Shown: positions 1 to 13,253, counted from the first letter of the stretch. The stretch is DNA of 64,000 nt from Octopus bimaculoides (GCF_001194135.2 NC_068992.1:31287377-31351376), one strand, 5' to 3'. Notes: generated by a model not told the origin, from the sequence alone. Numbers and translations: made by a program.

Positions 1-134
1 TTTCAGTAAGCAATAAAATGCATGTATTCCCTTTGCATAAATCACCAGAAAAAAGAAATAACAGAAACAATCCTAGTAGTGATGGAGGATGTGTATATAT
101 TCATATGCGTATACGCACTTATATATACATATAT

Positions 135-892
135 ACATAGTCATCCCATAAAGAATGCAACATTTTATGCTTCTTTTATTTTTCAAAGTCAAGATAAAAA
201 CAGTTCTTTTGTTTATCTATAAGATACCCTCCTTCATTTTCTACAATGCTCTTCCATCTATCTGGTAGACTTGCAAGGCCCCTCTTCGAAAATTCCCGTG
301 TCTGTGACGAAAAATATTTCTCCGGTACTGTTCTATTCTCATCTACGAATTCATATTTTTTCCGTCTAAATTATTTTGATTAAAGGATAATCAGATTGGG
401 CAATATTCGGCGAATATGGTGGGTGAATTATCGTTTCCCATTAAAACTGCTCCAACATCTGGAATATCACCCTCGATGTATGTGGCTGAGCATTAGCCTC
501 GGAATGTTTGTGAGGAACCTTTTGACCTAATTTTCTTACTTTCCCGATTGCACGTTGGATGAGGGTTGTTGCAGGATGAGGCTTGTTTTCAGGCTGTAGT
601 TTTCGATTCGGAATTTCTTGAACGACCGTTCACACTGGCTTCCGCTTCTCGCCCGATCCCCATGTACTGCCTGAATATTCCCCGCACTTTCCGTTGCGTT
701 GTTACTTTCTTGAAGTTATAAAACAACATGTGCCGGAAATGTTCCTATGTCACTTCTATTACAGCTTTGAAACATAACTGTTAAACTTGCACTGTACTCT
801 TCAAAACTTGCACTAAAAATAAGATTATCCCGTCCCCGTCCGATTTTAGTTCATGCAACTAAAAAAAGTATTTTTATGGGATGAACCCGATA
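135..892 (-). mobile_element. Internally deleted mariner (Tc1/mariner) transposon remnant
   Basis: Minus-strand translation gives HPPYSPNIAQSDY (mariner YSPDLAPSDY motif) and the C-terminus RGLASLPDRWKSIVENEGGY. A decayed N-terminal HTH region joins almost directly to the C-terminal part. Inverted terminal core TCATCCCATAAA at 141-152 and TTTATGGGATGA at 873-884. Confidence 0.85.
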
Positions 893-930
893 TATGCATA
901 TACATCCAGAGACAGGGAATACCAAAGAAA

Positions 931-1046
931 GAGGTAACATTGAGTGAGAGAGACAGAGAGAGACAGAGAGACAGATAAACATATATACAGACAGAGTGAG
1001 AGAGATCGCGAGAGAGAGAGAGAGATATGTAGTGGGAGAGAGTGAA

Positions 1047-1101
<55 letters not shown>

Positions 1102-1135
1102 CGAAGAGGGAGAGAAAGGGAGAGAGAGAAATCAA
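931..1135. repeat. (GA)n microsatellite
   Basis: Seen directly in the sequence. Confidence 0.95.
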
Positions 1136-1149
1136 AATGCATTTTAAAT

Positions 1150-2123
1150 GAATTTTGATTGATTTGTTTTTACAAAAGTATTATCATAGAAAATAAATGT
1201 TCGAACTACAGTCATGGAGAATTTCTGAAAATTATATATATATATAGTGTATATGCAAAACAATTCAGTGAATAAGGTGAATAGTACATCTACACACATT
1301 TATCTACACATACTTTATATTACAATCAATTATAGAGTATATATTATTTAAATCTGTCCGACATAAAGTTCTACTGCATGAAATGCATCTCAATCTGGTT
1401 TCCATTTACATTTAGGTTTATCACCTGCTTAAAAGCCTACGTGAATTTATTCAAAGTGTTGCACACTGTGGTATTTTGAAGCGAACTGTGAAGATTTGAA
1501 AAATGTTTCTCATTCATCCGTTTTGATATGGAGCTGAACAAAAATATGTAGTTACAAGTTTTTCAACAAGCTGAAAAAATGAATTAGGAAATGTTATATG
1601 TTTCCTTTCGATGTTTTCTCGTTGTCTTCATCTGTTACTTCAAAATATGACTGAACACAACGCTCTATATAACCATCGTGTGTATAAAAGTGTTGTGTGT
1701 TTATAAAGTATGGTATATCTAAGAATGTATTTTCCAACGTCTCACCCCACATTATTTGACAGATATTATTTGGCAAATATTTAATAAAAGAGTCAGACTG
1801 GTGAGCGAAAAAGTTCACATCATTGGGACATAAGTCTGTTCGATCGCACAGAATCTACGTGAGCAAACGTAGGATGGAAGATGTTCCAACTGTGGACAAA
1901 GCGTCATTTTGTAAAATCAGGATAGCTCAACTAACATCCGTTGAGCCAGTTCCTAATGCTACACAGCATATTAGAAGGGATATTGATTTCCTATACTTTC
2001 CCCATACCTAACTATTTTATAAAAGTACCTTCTCCGTAGTTTACTTCCATTCATTAACGACATTAATGCTTTATATTTTATGGTGCCTCATACATATTCG
2101 AGGTGTCGTCTATCGTAAAAGGC

Positions 2124-2154
<31 letters not shown>

Positions 2155-2219
2155 TATATNNNNNNNNNNNNNNNNNNNNNNNNNNNNNNNNNNNNNNNNN
2201 NNNNNNNNNNNNNNNNNNN

Positions 2220-2262
<43 letters not shown>

Positions 2263-3150
2263 GTGTGTGTGTGTGTGTGTGTATACACATACAAGTTAAG
2301 CTACTTGCAATATTGGATGTTATGATTTGATGATGAGGACTATTAGTGTACATATACGTGTATCGTGGATCGTCTACGTGTGCACCTGTAAATCACATTA
2401 CCATTGATGATGCATACTTTATTGATGATAACTACGAGTTTATCCATCCCTAGAAGGAAATATCGGCTCTCTTTGAGTAAATATGTTATATTTCAAGCAT
2501 TCTGTTTATCATGGGAACAATAATTTCCCTGTATACATACATCGAGGATAATTCATAGCAAGCTACTATTTTTTCACTTTTGTTCACATTAATTTTAATC
2601 CGTTTATGCGTACATACACTGGAATTCACTTAGGTTTGTCTATTATTTGTGAGCTTTTTCAAATTACTTGCTATCTTTTTCCCTTCTCTAAACGTATTCA
2701 CATGTTTATAATTAGATAACCTGAAGTGAATCCATTTCATATCAAGAAAGTGCTCTGTAGTTATCTTCATAAATATGTGGAATATACTCTAGGGAATGCA
2801 GAGAAGATATTTATATGATATTCTAGATTTCCAAACATGATATATACAAGCAGTTCCTTTTTCGTTACGTTTTGAAAATATATGAAATATGGGAAAATCT
2901 AGTTTCTTAACATAATAGGAATTGTGATATAAGATCTCTGCTAATATTACCTCTGACGTGAAAACAATGTTAGGTTTTGCGAATTGATGCAAATATCGCA
3001 TTTCCCCGATACATCAATTCTCAGGAATGATTAAATTCACAAATACCTTGGATGCTTATCTTCAGAAGAGTGGCGTTCCACGGTGAAATTTACGTGTAGA
3101 TTAATGGTGAGCGGATTTATAATTTGAACCACCCTTTAATACTATTATAT
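1150..3150 (-). pseudogene. Decayed Toll-like receptor ectodomain (copy A; multiple-cysteine-cluster layout), split by a microsatellite/gap at 2120-2290
   Basis: Manual minus-strand reading: LRR-like FLRIDVSG (~3010), AFYDRRHLEYV (~2100); LRR-CT-like CSIRNWLNGC*LSYPDF (1911-1963); LRR-NT-like ILCDRTDLCPND (~1830); then KHFSNLHSSLQ and AFKQVINLNVNGNQIE (1389-1436). Many stops and frameshifts. Confidence 0.65.
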
Positions 3151-3159
3151 TTCACAGTA

Positions 3160-4735
3160 TAATGCATGCTTCAGAAACCTCTAAAATGACACCCGTAAAC
3201 GAGATTAGATTTAGTTAAACATGGCTCGCATTTAGTCAGAAGCTGTTACAAAATACATTGCCTTTGTATACGCTGTAATATATGTTGTTTCATCGGAGGG
3301 ATGCTAATGGCATCCCTGTCAGAGGGTACAGAAAACGAATGCACAGTGAAAGGGAGGCAATAGAACTGTTCGAAATTACTGAAAAGAGATTATGTGACCA
3401 AGCAAGAGCAATATGAAAGAATGGATGGTTAACAGAATTGGAGCTAGAAGATATTAAATGAAGGACATCGGGTGAGGTTAGACATGCGACAAATAAAAGA
3501 GGACAATTGTTCCCAAGAATAGAATACCGTGAATTGTGAAAGAATTGAGATCAGTGACTACACAAATCATGAAGATCGATTAATAATAGAGAGAATTTTG
3601 GATCTATTAAATACAGAAGGGACAGAATTTGTGTGCAACTTTAAAAAGTGCGACTTTAAGAAGTCGAGACAAAATCAAGAGACGAATAAAATCAATATTG
3701 TACTGAGACATATTGAAAGAAGAGCATCAAACAAGCAAATAATCTTATCAAGGCTGCTCGTAGGATTGTGGTAGAAAAGATGGGATTGAGAACTACTAAG
3801 AATAGAAGAACGACGGATAGTAGAGGAAATAAGCAACCGTGGTGGAAAAGGAGAATTTCTGAAGATATAAACTCCTTGAATACTGTAATGTCAATACTTG
3901 ACAGGAAAAGAGATGGAAAACTTAAGAATGAAAAAGTTGGAAAGAAATTTGGTGTAGATACAAACGGCCTGAATATTGTAACTGAAGAACTGATGCAGCG
4001 CAAGAGAAGTGAACACGAAGACAGATACAAAGGACCAGTGGCTTGGGATGAGGAGGAGTGACCTAAAGATAGAGACAAAAGCATTCATATGCACAACTCA
4101 GGAACAAGCGTTAAGAACCAAATATATGAAGTGCAGTATTGAAAACACTACCAATAGCAACAAGGGCAAATGCCCGGTGAGAGGGATGAAACGGTATGTG
4201 ACATCGTTAGCGAATGCCTGAAATTGGCACAATGCGAATACAAACGAGGCCGTGACAATGTGGCAAGAAAGATACATTGGGAACACTGTGGAAATCAATG
4301 CCTACAAAGAGCAAAGACGTGGTTTGAGCTAACCCCAGAAGGAGTCACTGAAAATGAGAATTGCAAAATTCACTCGGATGTAATGATCCAGTGCGATCAC
4401 CAGACCAGACATAGGAAACTAGACATTGCTGTGTTGAATAAAAAACAAAGAACATGTATGATAATTAACATACCATGCCTCGGTGACAAGAGGATCAATG
4501 TGAAAGAAGAAGAAAAATAAACAATTATGACGATTTTTAGTGGGAAGTACGAAGGTTGAGGTTAATGAAGAGAGTAGACGTGATAGCAATAGTAATGGGT
4601 GCAGTTGGAAGTATCAACACTCACAACCAACACGGCTGAAAAAGATCGGTGCAAATGTGAAAATAAATACCTAGAAAAATCTGCATTGCATAGCACTGCA
4701 ATAATTCTTCGCAGGGTTCTTGTAGCATGACCAAT
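3160..4735 (+). mobile_element. R4/Dong-type non-LTR retrotransposon with the RT region deleted
   Basis: N-terminal GYRKRMHSE...RLCDQARAI*KNGWLTELELEDI and WWKRRISEDI segments join at ~4005 to the C-terminal part: AFICTTQEQALRT, a decayed zinc-knuckle region (ETVCDIVSEC), KLDIAVLNKK (REL endonuclease, RPDI-like) and a KY/EV motif. No RT motifs between them. Confidence 0.85.
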
Positions 4736-5049
4736 AAATAAGTATCACCATTACGCACAAAGATGACAGAGTATTTAACAGCGAAACATAAAATTGTGTA
4801 AAAATTCTCTAGTTACTAAATATGATTTCGATACGTTTATCAACTAGATGCTGAATTATGTAGTACAAGTTACAAGTAAAATATTAGCTATATCTAAGTA
4901 GTTATGTGATCAAAATGTAGGGAGACAAAGTCCTTATATATATGTAATATCTGCAATCGACTTGGAAGTTCAAAAGTAAAGCAAGCAAGCAGTTTCCATT
5001 CCCCGTTCTCCACAATATTGGTTCCCAACATGGACTTGTGCCGATGTGG

Positions 5050-5820
5050 AAACACCGATAATTTCAATTACGTTGCTATCTTGCAACTACCAGAACGTCT
5101 GATATAAAAGGTGAAAGTCAACTCGTCTGATGTGGTGTCCGACATGATTACTGTATTTTTCGACGACATATCATTGCCGACACGGCTCTCATACGTTTGA
5201 ATCTGAATTTTCGTAAGTATGACTCTGTTTCTGCAACAAGGATTCAGTAGGTTCAAAAGGAACAAGTGCGTACACACGCAGTAGAGCGAGTTGTGACTCA
5301 AAACGTTTCCGTTTGTTCGATATTAGTCTGTCCCGAGAAGTTATGGTAGTATGCTGAGGCGATCGCAAGTACGGAAAAGAGAATGTAGCAGGCCGTATAA
5401 TTATAAATGTTTATGAATTATGTATCTTTAACTAAAAAGAAGAGAAAGAAAAACTCCACTAAATATGAAATCATGATATGTGGGCGATATGAAGTACTCT
5501 CTGTCTTGGAGAACTAATCATAAGAATTGCTCTACAATAAAATCTTCTGTATAATGTTGGTTGATTTTCGTAAGAACTTCTTGTAAAGAATGTGCGTGAC
5601 AACTCACTGAACTGGACTATTAATAACATCATAGTCGATACGCTTTATCAGCCACAGACACAGATTCTCTCATTCACAGCCAACTATATCTGCCGTTTTA
5701 CTTTGTAAACAGCGAATAATAAGATTGCTGTACAATCAGATTTTCATTACGCTGGTATTAAACAATTAAAGACACACTGAGATGCGATTATCAATATAAA
5801 GCCGAGTATATTTATATTTT
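5050..5820 (-). pseudogene. Decayed TLR C-terminal half (copy B): LRR, LRR-CT, TM, TIR
   Basis: Minus strand: LYIDNRIS and LYSNLI (LRR-like); CE*ENLCLWL (5649-5666, LRR-CT-like); SGVFFLFFLVK (TM end); YCVCTH (TIR box-2 region); QTFW*L at ~5085-5100 (box-3 FW-like). Frames are broken. Confidence 0.45.
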
Positions 5821-5829
5821 GCGTTCATT

Positions 5830-6001
5830 GGTGGAGGTGTGACTGTGTGGTAAGCGGTTTGCTTCCCAATCACATGGTATCGGGTTCAGCCCCACTGTGT
5901 GACAACGTGGGCAAGTGTGTCCTACGATAGCCTCGGGCCGACTAAGACCTTATGAGTGAACATGGTAGACGGAAATTGAAAAACCTCCTGTCGTATATAT
6001 G

Positions 6002-6044
<43 letters not shown>

Positions 6045-6672
6045 NNNNNNNNNNNNNNNNNNNNNNNNNNNNNNNNNNNNNNNNNNNNNNNNNNNNNNNN
6101 NNNNNNNNNNNNNNNNNNNNNNNNNNNNNNNNNNNNNNNNNNNNNNNNNNNNNNNNNNNNNNNNNNNNNNNNNNNNNNNNNNNNNNNNNNNNNNNNNNNN
6201 NNNNNNNNNNNNNNNNGTGTGTGTGTGTGTATATATATGGGAGAATATACAAAAAATAACAACAGACGAGGACAGGTGGTGTAAATAACAAAAGTATATA
6301 TTAGTATGACGCTCGGGAATACGGAAAGTCTTTGACGTTTCGAGCTACGCTCTTCAACAGAAAGAATACGGAGACAAGGAGAAAAACACGGAGAAAAAAA
6401 AAAAATATGTGTGTATATATATGTGTGTGTGTGTGTATGTGTGTGTGTGTGTGTATGTGTGTGGGTGCGTGTGTGTATCCTTTGTGTTTGTTCCTCAGGC
6501 ACCGCTTGGTGTATTTGCTTCTCGTAACTTAGTGTTTCAGCAAAAAATACCGATATAATAATTACCAGACTTTAGAAAATAAGTACTGGGTTCGATACGT
6601 TCGACTAATAATTCTTCAAGGCAGTTCTCCAGCATGGTCGCAGTCTAATGGATTAAAACAAATAAAAGAAAA
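5830..6672 (+). mobile_element. tRNA-derived SINE split at its internal microsatellite by a gap and a nested repeat
   Basis: Head 5830-5995 (GTGTGGTAAG...GGGTTCAGCCCC...GGGCAAGTG) is homologous to the heads at 19053 and 35977. The 3' half 6480-6672 ends in the shared tail CATGGTCGCAGTCTAATGGATTAAAACAAATAAAAGA. Confidence 0.8.
6235..6405 (-). repeat. Short non-autonomous repeat with a minimal hammerhead-like motif (6328-6365)
   Basis: Minus strand reads TCTTT-CTGTTGA-A-GAGCgtaGCTC-GAAAC-GTC-AAAGA: 5-bp stem I, 4-bp stem II, palindromic ACGT stem III. The core has U in place of the conserved A6. Confidence 0.5.
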
Positions 6673-7894
6673 CATGTTCACCCAGACTAAAAAACAGCTT
6701 AAATGCGGTAGCTGTCTGTAGAAAAAAAAAACAACAACACAAAAGAAAACACGTCCTTGTTGACTTGTATAAAACCATAGCGAGATGGCTGTGATAGATG
6801 TCATCGGGCTGTTGAACACAAGTTTGAAGTGCTCTGACTCATCATCAAATAGAAACACAAAATCAGTTTCCTAGGTCACTAAGAAGAGTTGCACTGATAT
6901 GTACCTGATGAAGCATTGTGACGCAGAAACACGTGTCCTTCATAGATCAGTTTGTTGTTTTCCAATAATGGCCATGTCAAAAATTTGTCGCCCCGAAGCA
7001 ATAACGAAAACGACCTTAATTAAATGTGAGAATGCTCATTAACATGTTGAATATAATACTGCATAATTCTATTTCATTCACCACGCTGTAGATTGTCTTT
7101 ACTTAATTAAGCTAGATACTTCTCTGAATACTTAAATTATCGACTGAACCTAAATATATTGCAGCTCGTCTGTAATGCAGGAATTGAACCAGAAACCTAA
7201 AAAAAAAGAAAAAAAAATGTGAATGTGATGTTCCGACGAATTTAATTATGAAGTAAGCATATCATTTTATGTAAAAGTTTCGAATATCTATATAATGAAA
7301 ACTCTACTGTAACTTACTAATTTATATAAAGAGTTTTAGTTGTTTAATATAAATAAATATGATAGTTATGATTAACTCAATGTATTAACTCTCATTTGAA
7401 AGCATAAACATACTCAACGTTTAATACGCTGATATATAAATTACACTGTTTATAAATGATATTCTGAAATGAAATTATAATTAACTAAAAAATATCACCA
7501 AGAATATGATATTTTCAATAATGGGCAAATTAGTGCGACGTCAAATTTAAATTACTAACATGTTTTTACATTATATTTCTAATTAAAAATATGTAAACTA
7601 TTCAGATAAGATTTGTCAGTCACGAAATTATATGAAACGTAATTTCAAAACTATTTCTGAGATTGTCTGCTTTAAGACGGATTAATCGTCGATAACAGAC
7701 ATATTGGCTATTAATGGTTTCCCTGGCGTAGCAATAAAAAGTTTAATGGGAGTGGATGGTTGTTGATATCGCCCAATCTAACCGGTAGTTTACAGTATTG
7801 ACAATGAATGCATAAATCATAAATTTGACTCAAGTTGGGATTGAAAACTAGGTCGGAAAGAGTCAAAGTAATACTGTATGGCCTTTTGTCTGAC

Positions 7895-10090
7895 ACGTTA
7901 ATGATTTTATCATTTGCCAAACCTTATAGGGATTACTGAGCTATAGTATATATTAGTTAGGCATATCGAAAACAATGTCGGCTGTTTATATGATTAAATT
8001 ATATACACGCAAAGTGTAAAAGGAAGCATACTTGTCGAGGTTTATCTTTTTTTGACAAAAAGTTTCACTTTCATACTCTACAAGTTAATGTAATATAGTG
8101 GACACAGGTTAGGTCCATGTATATTTACCGTTTAACTCTGTCAATCATGAAGTGAAACTGAGCTGGAACGAGAAAGTATGACAGCTTGCAATATATCGCC
8201 AGATATCTAATTATTTCCAAAATATCAAATTCAAGCTCAAATCGTAAATATAAACCAAGCGTAGTGTTTATGTTCGCCCACACCTTCTCAACTACATGTT
8301 TCTGCGTGCCACCTTGAGCACGTGTTTTCTACGACAGTACTATAGCCTTCTGAGTTGATTTAGGAGAAAAAAACTAAAAGGAGGCCGTTTGGTATGTATA
8401 TAAAAGAAACGATAACAAAAGAGAATAAAATCATGTTCCAGCCAATATACTTGTAGGCACATTAGCACAGTTAGATCAATGGCAAATAATACTTCATCTT
8501 CATTGTCTATGCTAATGCCGGATTATGTAATCATACAATTTATTGCTGGAGTTTTCTGTTTAGACCATAATTTTCTCGGATAAATCAGAAATGTCATCCG
8601 CATGCCATATAAAACATGTCTCTGAAACTTCAATACATATTAACAATCACAGTATCATTAAAACAGTAGGCAGAAATGAAGCTAGTAGTAGTCATCTATT
8701 ACAGTATTATATCTATGCTTTTATAAATCTGCTGGTCATGTTCTATTCCTTTTTCCATTAGTTTAATGAGCTGCGTACGCAGACTTCCTCGACCAACCTT
8801 ACATTCTGGTCTACATTATATTGCGGTTAATATTTCAAATGCATTTCGTATATTTCTCTGTTGGATGACTTTTAAATTTACAATCTTGTCCTCTATAAAT
8901 AAATGTGGAGGAAGTGAAGGAGAAAGAAAAATGAAATAGAGGGAGAAGACGTCGAATCTTGTCCATGGTTAGTAAATTTGTTATCAAGATTTAACAAATG
9001 AAGTAAAAATCTAGCCTCGATATCCTCTCTCCCTTATAGCAACTATGCCACTTAAACGATTATTTCCAAACTTACGTTAGTATGACATTCGAGCCTAATT
9101 ACAATTTTCACGGATGCTGATTTCGAGCAAAGGAGGATGACTGTTCATAAATCTAATGCGATATACGCCTAATATTTCCGAGATACGTCAAGAAATATAT
9201 AGGTTACTCGAAAGATTCTCCAACGTAGTGGTACAAACTACGAACCAAAATTCCGCGGTCATTGAGAAAATTGCATAATGAAACTCTTAATTTGGAAATG
9301 TCACAGTATCATTAGATTGGTGGGTAACATTTTGAAATTCAGTTAATAAATTAATGTCAATTTTCTTTATCAAGTTATTAAAAGATTTTTACATACCGTG
9401 TCTATGTAATTCTGAATTGACTTCTGTATAAGTAAGAGAATTAATTACTCGACTCCTCCATGCATTTAATTAATATTCCTATATCGCCACAGGTATCTCT
9501 GCTTACTGATCATCAATAGTTCATTGAACATATATGTTTGAATAGTTTAATTTAATACTTAATGAATGATAGAAATAAAATTTATGAAACTTTGTCAATT
9601 GTTATACATTTCTAATACTGATTTTAATAATTTTAGACTCAGTGAGTTGCTACCTTACTGTTTCAGCAATAAAATATAGAAGCAAACTTCAACTGAAATA
9701 TTGTCAAACAATCAAAAATAATTCCTTGATAATGTAGTATTAAATTCCACTGAATTATAAGATAGTCGAGGGGTGAATTATAAATTCACAACCGTATTGT
9801 TTATATTCGTCCAGCACTATTCTCTTCTCAATTATTTTATACGAAATTGCAATGTTTAGTATTTTAATGACGCGCATCATAAAATGTTACTCGACACACA
9901 TGACATTGTTAAAAATATCAAGACACTTCAACAGACAAGCGATATTGTCACTAACTGGCAGATAATTGGACAAGGACGAGGTATTAAATCTAGTTATGCA
10001 GCTATCAAAATTTCACAGATTTTTGATATTCATTGAAAAGTCATTTCAAATTCAGACACATTGTCGGTAACATAAAACTATTCAGTGATA
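7895..10090 (-). pseudogene. Decayed, apparently full-length single-exon TLR (copy C): signal, LRR-NT, LRRs, TM, TIR
   Basis: Minus strand, in order: LVVVLLFITE (signal-like, ~10090); IPRPCPIIC (~9980); KILNIA, TIQTYMFNEL, FNNLIRKLTL, FLDVSRK, FGNNRLSGI (LRR-like); hydrophobic segment ~8420-8470; RFELEFDILE (8215-8244, RDFxPG..I.E-like); ISGDILQAVILSRS (8162-8206); RFWQMIKSL (7899-7925, TIR box 3). Confidence 0.65.
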
Positions 10091-10107
10091 AATAATAACA
10101 CCACCAC

Positions 10108-10140
<33 letters not shown>

Positions 10141-10166
10141 TAATAATAATGATGATGATGATGATA
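10108..10166. repeat. (AAT)n/(GAT)n microsatellite
   Basis: Seen directly in the sequence. Confidence 0.95.
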
Positions 10167-10325
10167 ACGATTTCAGATATTTTGCCATATGGGCAGCTTG
10201 AGGGAGAAGATTAAGTCGATTACATCGAACCCAGTGCGTAACTAGTACTTATATAATGTACCCCGAAAGGATGAAAGGCAATGTCATCCTCGGTGGAATT
10301 TGACCTCATAACGTAGTGACGGTTG
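10165..10325 (-). mobile_element. SINE fragment (second family)
   Basis: Reverse complement ACGTTATGAGGTCAAATTCCACCGAGG..TTGCCTTTCATCCTTTCGGGGT is homologous to 62540-62690 on the plus strand, which has a B-box-like GAGTTCAAAT. Confidence 0.75.
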
Positions 10326-10344
10326 AAATAAGCGTCTCCTTCTA

Positions 10345-11050
10345 AATCATAGTAATGGGATGACCTAATCTGACAACGTCAATATCAAACGAGGCATCTT
10401 TCCAGCTGACTCCCTCTCACCAATACTCTTTAGCATGGCACCGAACCTCCTCTCAAAGGAATTGAATAACATCATATATGGTTCATAGCTGAGAATACGA
10501 CAATAAACCATCTGTTTGGTATGGAATATAGCTGTTTGTTAGACACGACGAAGAGCTAGTTGGGCTGCTAACAACTGTTAAAGAGTTCAGTAATGACATC
10601 GGAATGGATTTTGCCTTTCATAAATGTGTCAAAACACCTTTGAAAGGCGCAAGATCAGGTACACAGCTTCCTTTAAATTAGATACCGACTCTACATTCAA
10701 GGAGCTTGACCCCCAAGAAAATTACAAATACTGGAGATATACAAAGGAAATTGTTTATAACATGCTACTATGAAGGAAAAAAAATAAGAAAAGTGTTTTA
10801 CAGGAGAGAACAAATCATACTAAAAACTGAACACAACTCAAAAATAAGGAAAACGGATCAAGCAGAATGCAAAAATGAACGGAAAGAATCAAATTGAGGA
10901 GCGGTGGAGGCAGCCGACGAAATGCTGATGTAGAGCAAGCAACAACCTATCAGTTGCTGAGGAGTTCAGGACAGAATGCTGAAACTGGAGATTCATATTG
11001 GCTGCACAAGATCAAAGCTTGCTTAGAAAGAAAACTAGCATGGTAACGTT
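10345..11050 (+). mobile_element. R4/Dong-type LINE fragments (RT and downstream region)
   Basis: IKRGIF and DSLSPILF read across a frameshift; later SSGQNAETG and AAQDQSL, matching the 44870 copy. Confidence 0.8.
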
Positions 11051-11089
11051 CTTCAAAACGGTTCTGGCCATAATTGGTGCATAAACCGC

Positions 11090-12870
11090 CACTTGTCTAA
11101 AGCCCCCCATAGTCCGTCCTTGCAGATCTAAGGATTTCGGAGTAACACAGCTACACACCAACCGCGCCTATTAGACCAAGAGCTGAGAATAACTCGTTCC
11201 TCGAAAAGAGATGTTAGAGCGTGTTTTCTGGAGATCCTTCTTTTCACTAATTGCAGCCGCGTCCAAATCATGTGATTTGACATCATTTAGCAAGCGAACC
11301 TGCTTCCAAGCTTATCCGAGGCCACGCACTTCCACACACCTCATTCTCAGCACATCCATGCTAGTCGATGGAGGTTAGTCACCTTGGTTTCCGAGAAGAC
11401 CGGAGGTTCCAGGCTTCTCTACTGGCGAAAATATTTTAGAGAACACTTCTAACAGCCTTTTACCAATAGAATATTTTTTTGAATCACCTCACTTCCTGGG
11501 AATTTTTCTGACGACGTTTTGATTAAGGGTCTGTCCTTGGGTGATTTGAGAAAGAAATCCTCAAATTCCTTTCCCTCTGTCTTTATTCTATTTCTATTTT
11601 GATTTACAAAATCCATCAATCCACTGTTACACGTCTTTACATTAAAATTGGACACCTTCGTCGACAGTCTGATGAATATTTTTGGAGTTCTGTAATCGGT
11701 TGTTTCTCGGCTTCTTTAAATTCATACTGTTGTTGATGATATTACTATTTTTGAGATGGTTGATCTTGTTCTCCCCATGATTGTTGTGGTTACAGAATAA
11801 AGTTTTGTTGAATTTTTGAAAGACGGCTATGTACTCTCTCCCTCTTTCACCTATCCACTTTTGTCACTATGATCCATTGATCGTTCAACTGTTACTTTTC
11901 TATGTCATTGCAATTGATGTTTGTTTGGGAGGAAGTACATTCAGGAGAAACTTGATTTTCCGTGGTAATCGTGGGTAGACGCTTACCTTGTCTTGGTTTG
12001 GGAGTGGGTGTGAGCGCAGGTGTGGAAGAATGTGTATGAGTTTTGAGCAGTTGTTTTGGATGTTGCACTTTTAGTATTTGTAATGTTGGTAGCACTGAGA
12101 CTTTATTTTCCATTGTTTCAGTGCAGGAAAATGTTTTACAGATCTACATTTGTGGCATTTTGACTTTGTACCCTTCACGAACACTAAGAAGTGAGATCGA
12201 TTAGATCGGGCTGCCAGTCGATATGCAAGGTCAGTCCCATACATATACCTAACCAGTTTTCCTTAGGTAGTTTCCTGACCTACAGCATTGTGACTTCTTC
12301 TTGTTACAAATCTGCCAAGACAGCCGCCACTAACGAGGTAATGGATATTTCTAGCGGCACATTCAGCACCCTAATCTTAGCAAGACGTTGGCTGCGATAG
12401 CTGGGGATTAAGAAAACTTGTCATTCCTCAAAGTTGTTTCGTAATTACATGTAGCTTCATCTTCCGTCCTAAATTTCAATTCGATTGTTTCAGATTTCTT
12501 TCCTCGGGTGATGTGGGTTTTTGTTCCCACACGCATACAAGATATGTTTGTACTTCGCACTCGGGAGCATTTTCCATTCGCCGACATTTGACTCCAATGC
12601 AACCGTATGTGGCTGTGCATCTTCTGCTATTTTCTATCACGTCGGATTGAGGGTTTAGAGCTACCCTTCTACCATCACTTTTTACAATTTTCCTTGCTAG
12701 TTTTAATTTTTCTGCACCTATGTCAAAACTTTCAATGTTTCTCGCCACTGAGGCAAAAGACGCAGTGGTGATATTTGTGCTTTTATGTTTCATTTCTTTC
12801 CCATTATTGTTGCTGTCACCGCTGTTGCTGTTGCTCTTGTTGTCCTCGTTGTCGACACCGAACATTTTGA
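11090..12870 (-). mobile_element. L1/Tx1-clade LINE 5' part: decayed ORF1 plus start of the ORF2 APE endonuclease
   Basis: ORF1: AKIRVLNVPLEIS and LVFVKGTKSKCHKCRSVKH (CCHC knuckle remnant). ORF2 start: MDVLRMRCVEVRGLG*AWKQVRLLND..SHDLDAAAISE and GWCVAVLLR at ~11130-11380. Truncated after about 90 codons of APE. Confidence 0.7.
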
Positions 12871-12914
12871 CGTTGCTTAGAGACGAAACATTTATCGCCT
12901 TGGTGACGTCATTA

Positions 12915-13250
12915 AGTTAGGCCATTCCAAATTGATATGCTCAATTATTTCTTATTCTCAATTTTCTGCGACAAGAAATCCGTTCTTTTGTCGAAAATTA
13001 TGATAGCTTCTTTATCAGCCATGTTTTAAAAAGCCAAATATTTGTTATTGCTGAAAGCAGATAAAATTTTAAAATTATTTATGGGTACCCTCTGCAAAAC
13101 AGTGGGTAATTTTACACACAAATATTATCAGCGCAATCCAGACAACCTCAGACATGTAACAGTAACAAAAGAAATCAAAAGACAGGGCCTTAGAAGGCCG
13201 AAAAGATTAGAAATGTTTTTTTCAATTTACGGTGACTTTACAGCATCGGG
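12915..13250 (-). pseudogene. TIR-domain remnant of a TLR (copy D)
   Basis: One frame with few stops: CLLISFVTVTCLRLSGLR**YLCVKLPTVLQRVPINNFKILSAFSNNK...KEAIIIF...HINLEWP. This resembles TIR box 1 (FISF), box 2 (LCVH.RDF.PG.PI..NI) and the YLEWP motif. Bounded by an L1/Tx1 and a Dong insertion. Confidence 0.55.
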
Positions 13251-13253
13251 GCA

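Noticed and set aside
1594-1818. Functional exon of a live gene
   Set aside because: Flanked by in-frame stops and frameshifts within the decayed TLR reading; no supporting partner exons.
12476-12865. 129-aa Cys-containing ORF as a host gene
   Set aside because: It is collinear with a decayed LINE ORF1 (VLNVP motif, CCHC knuckle) followed by an APE start.
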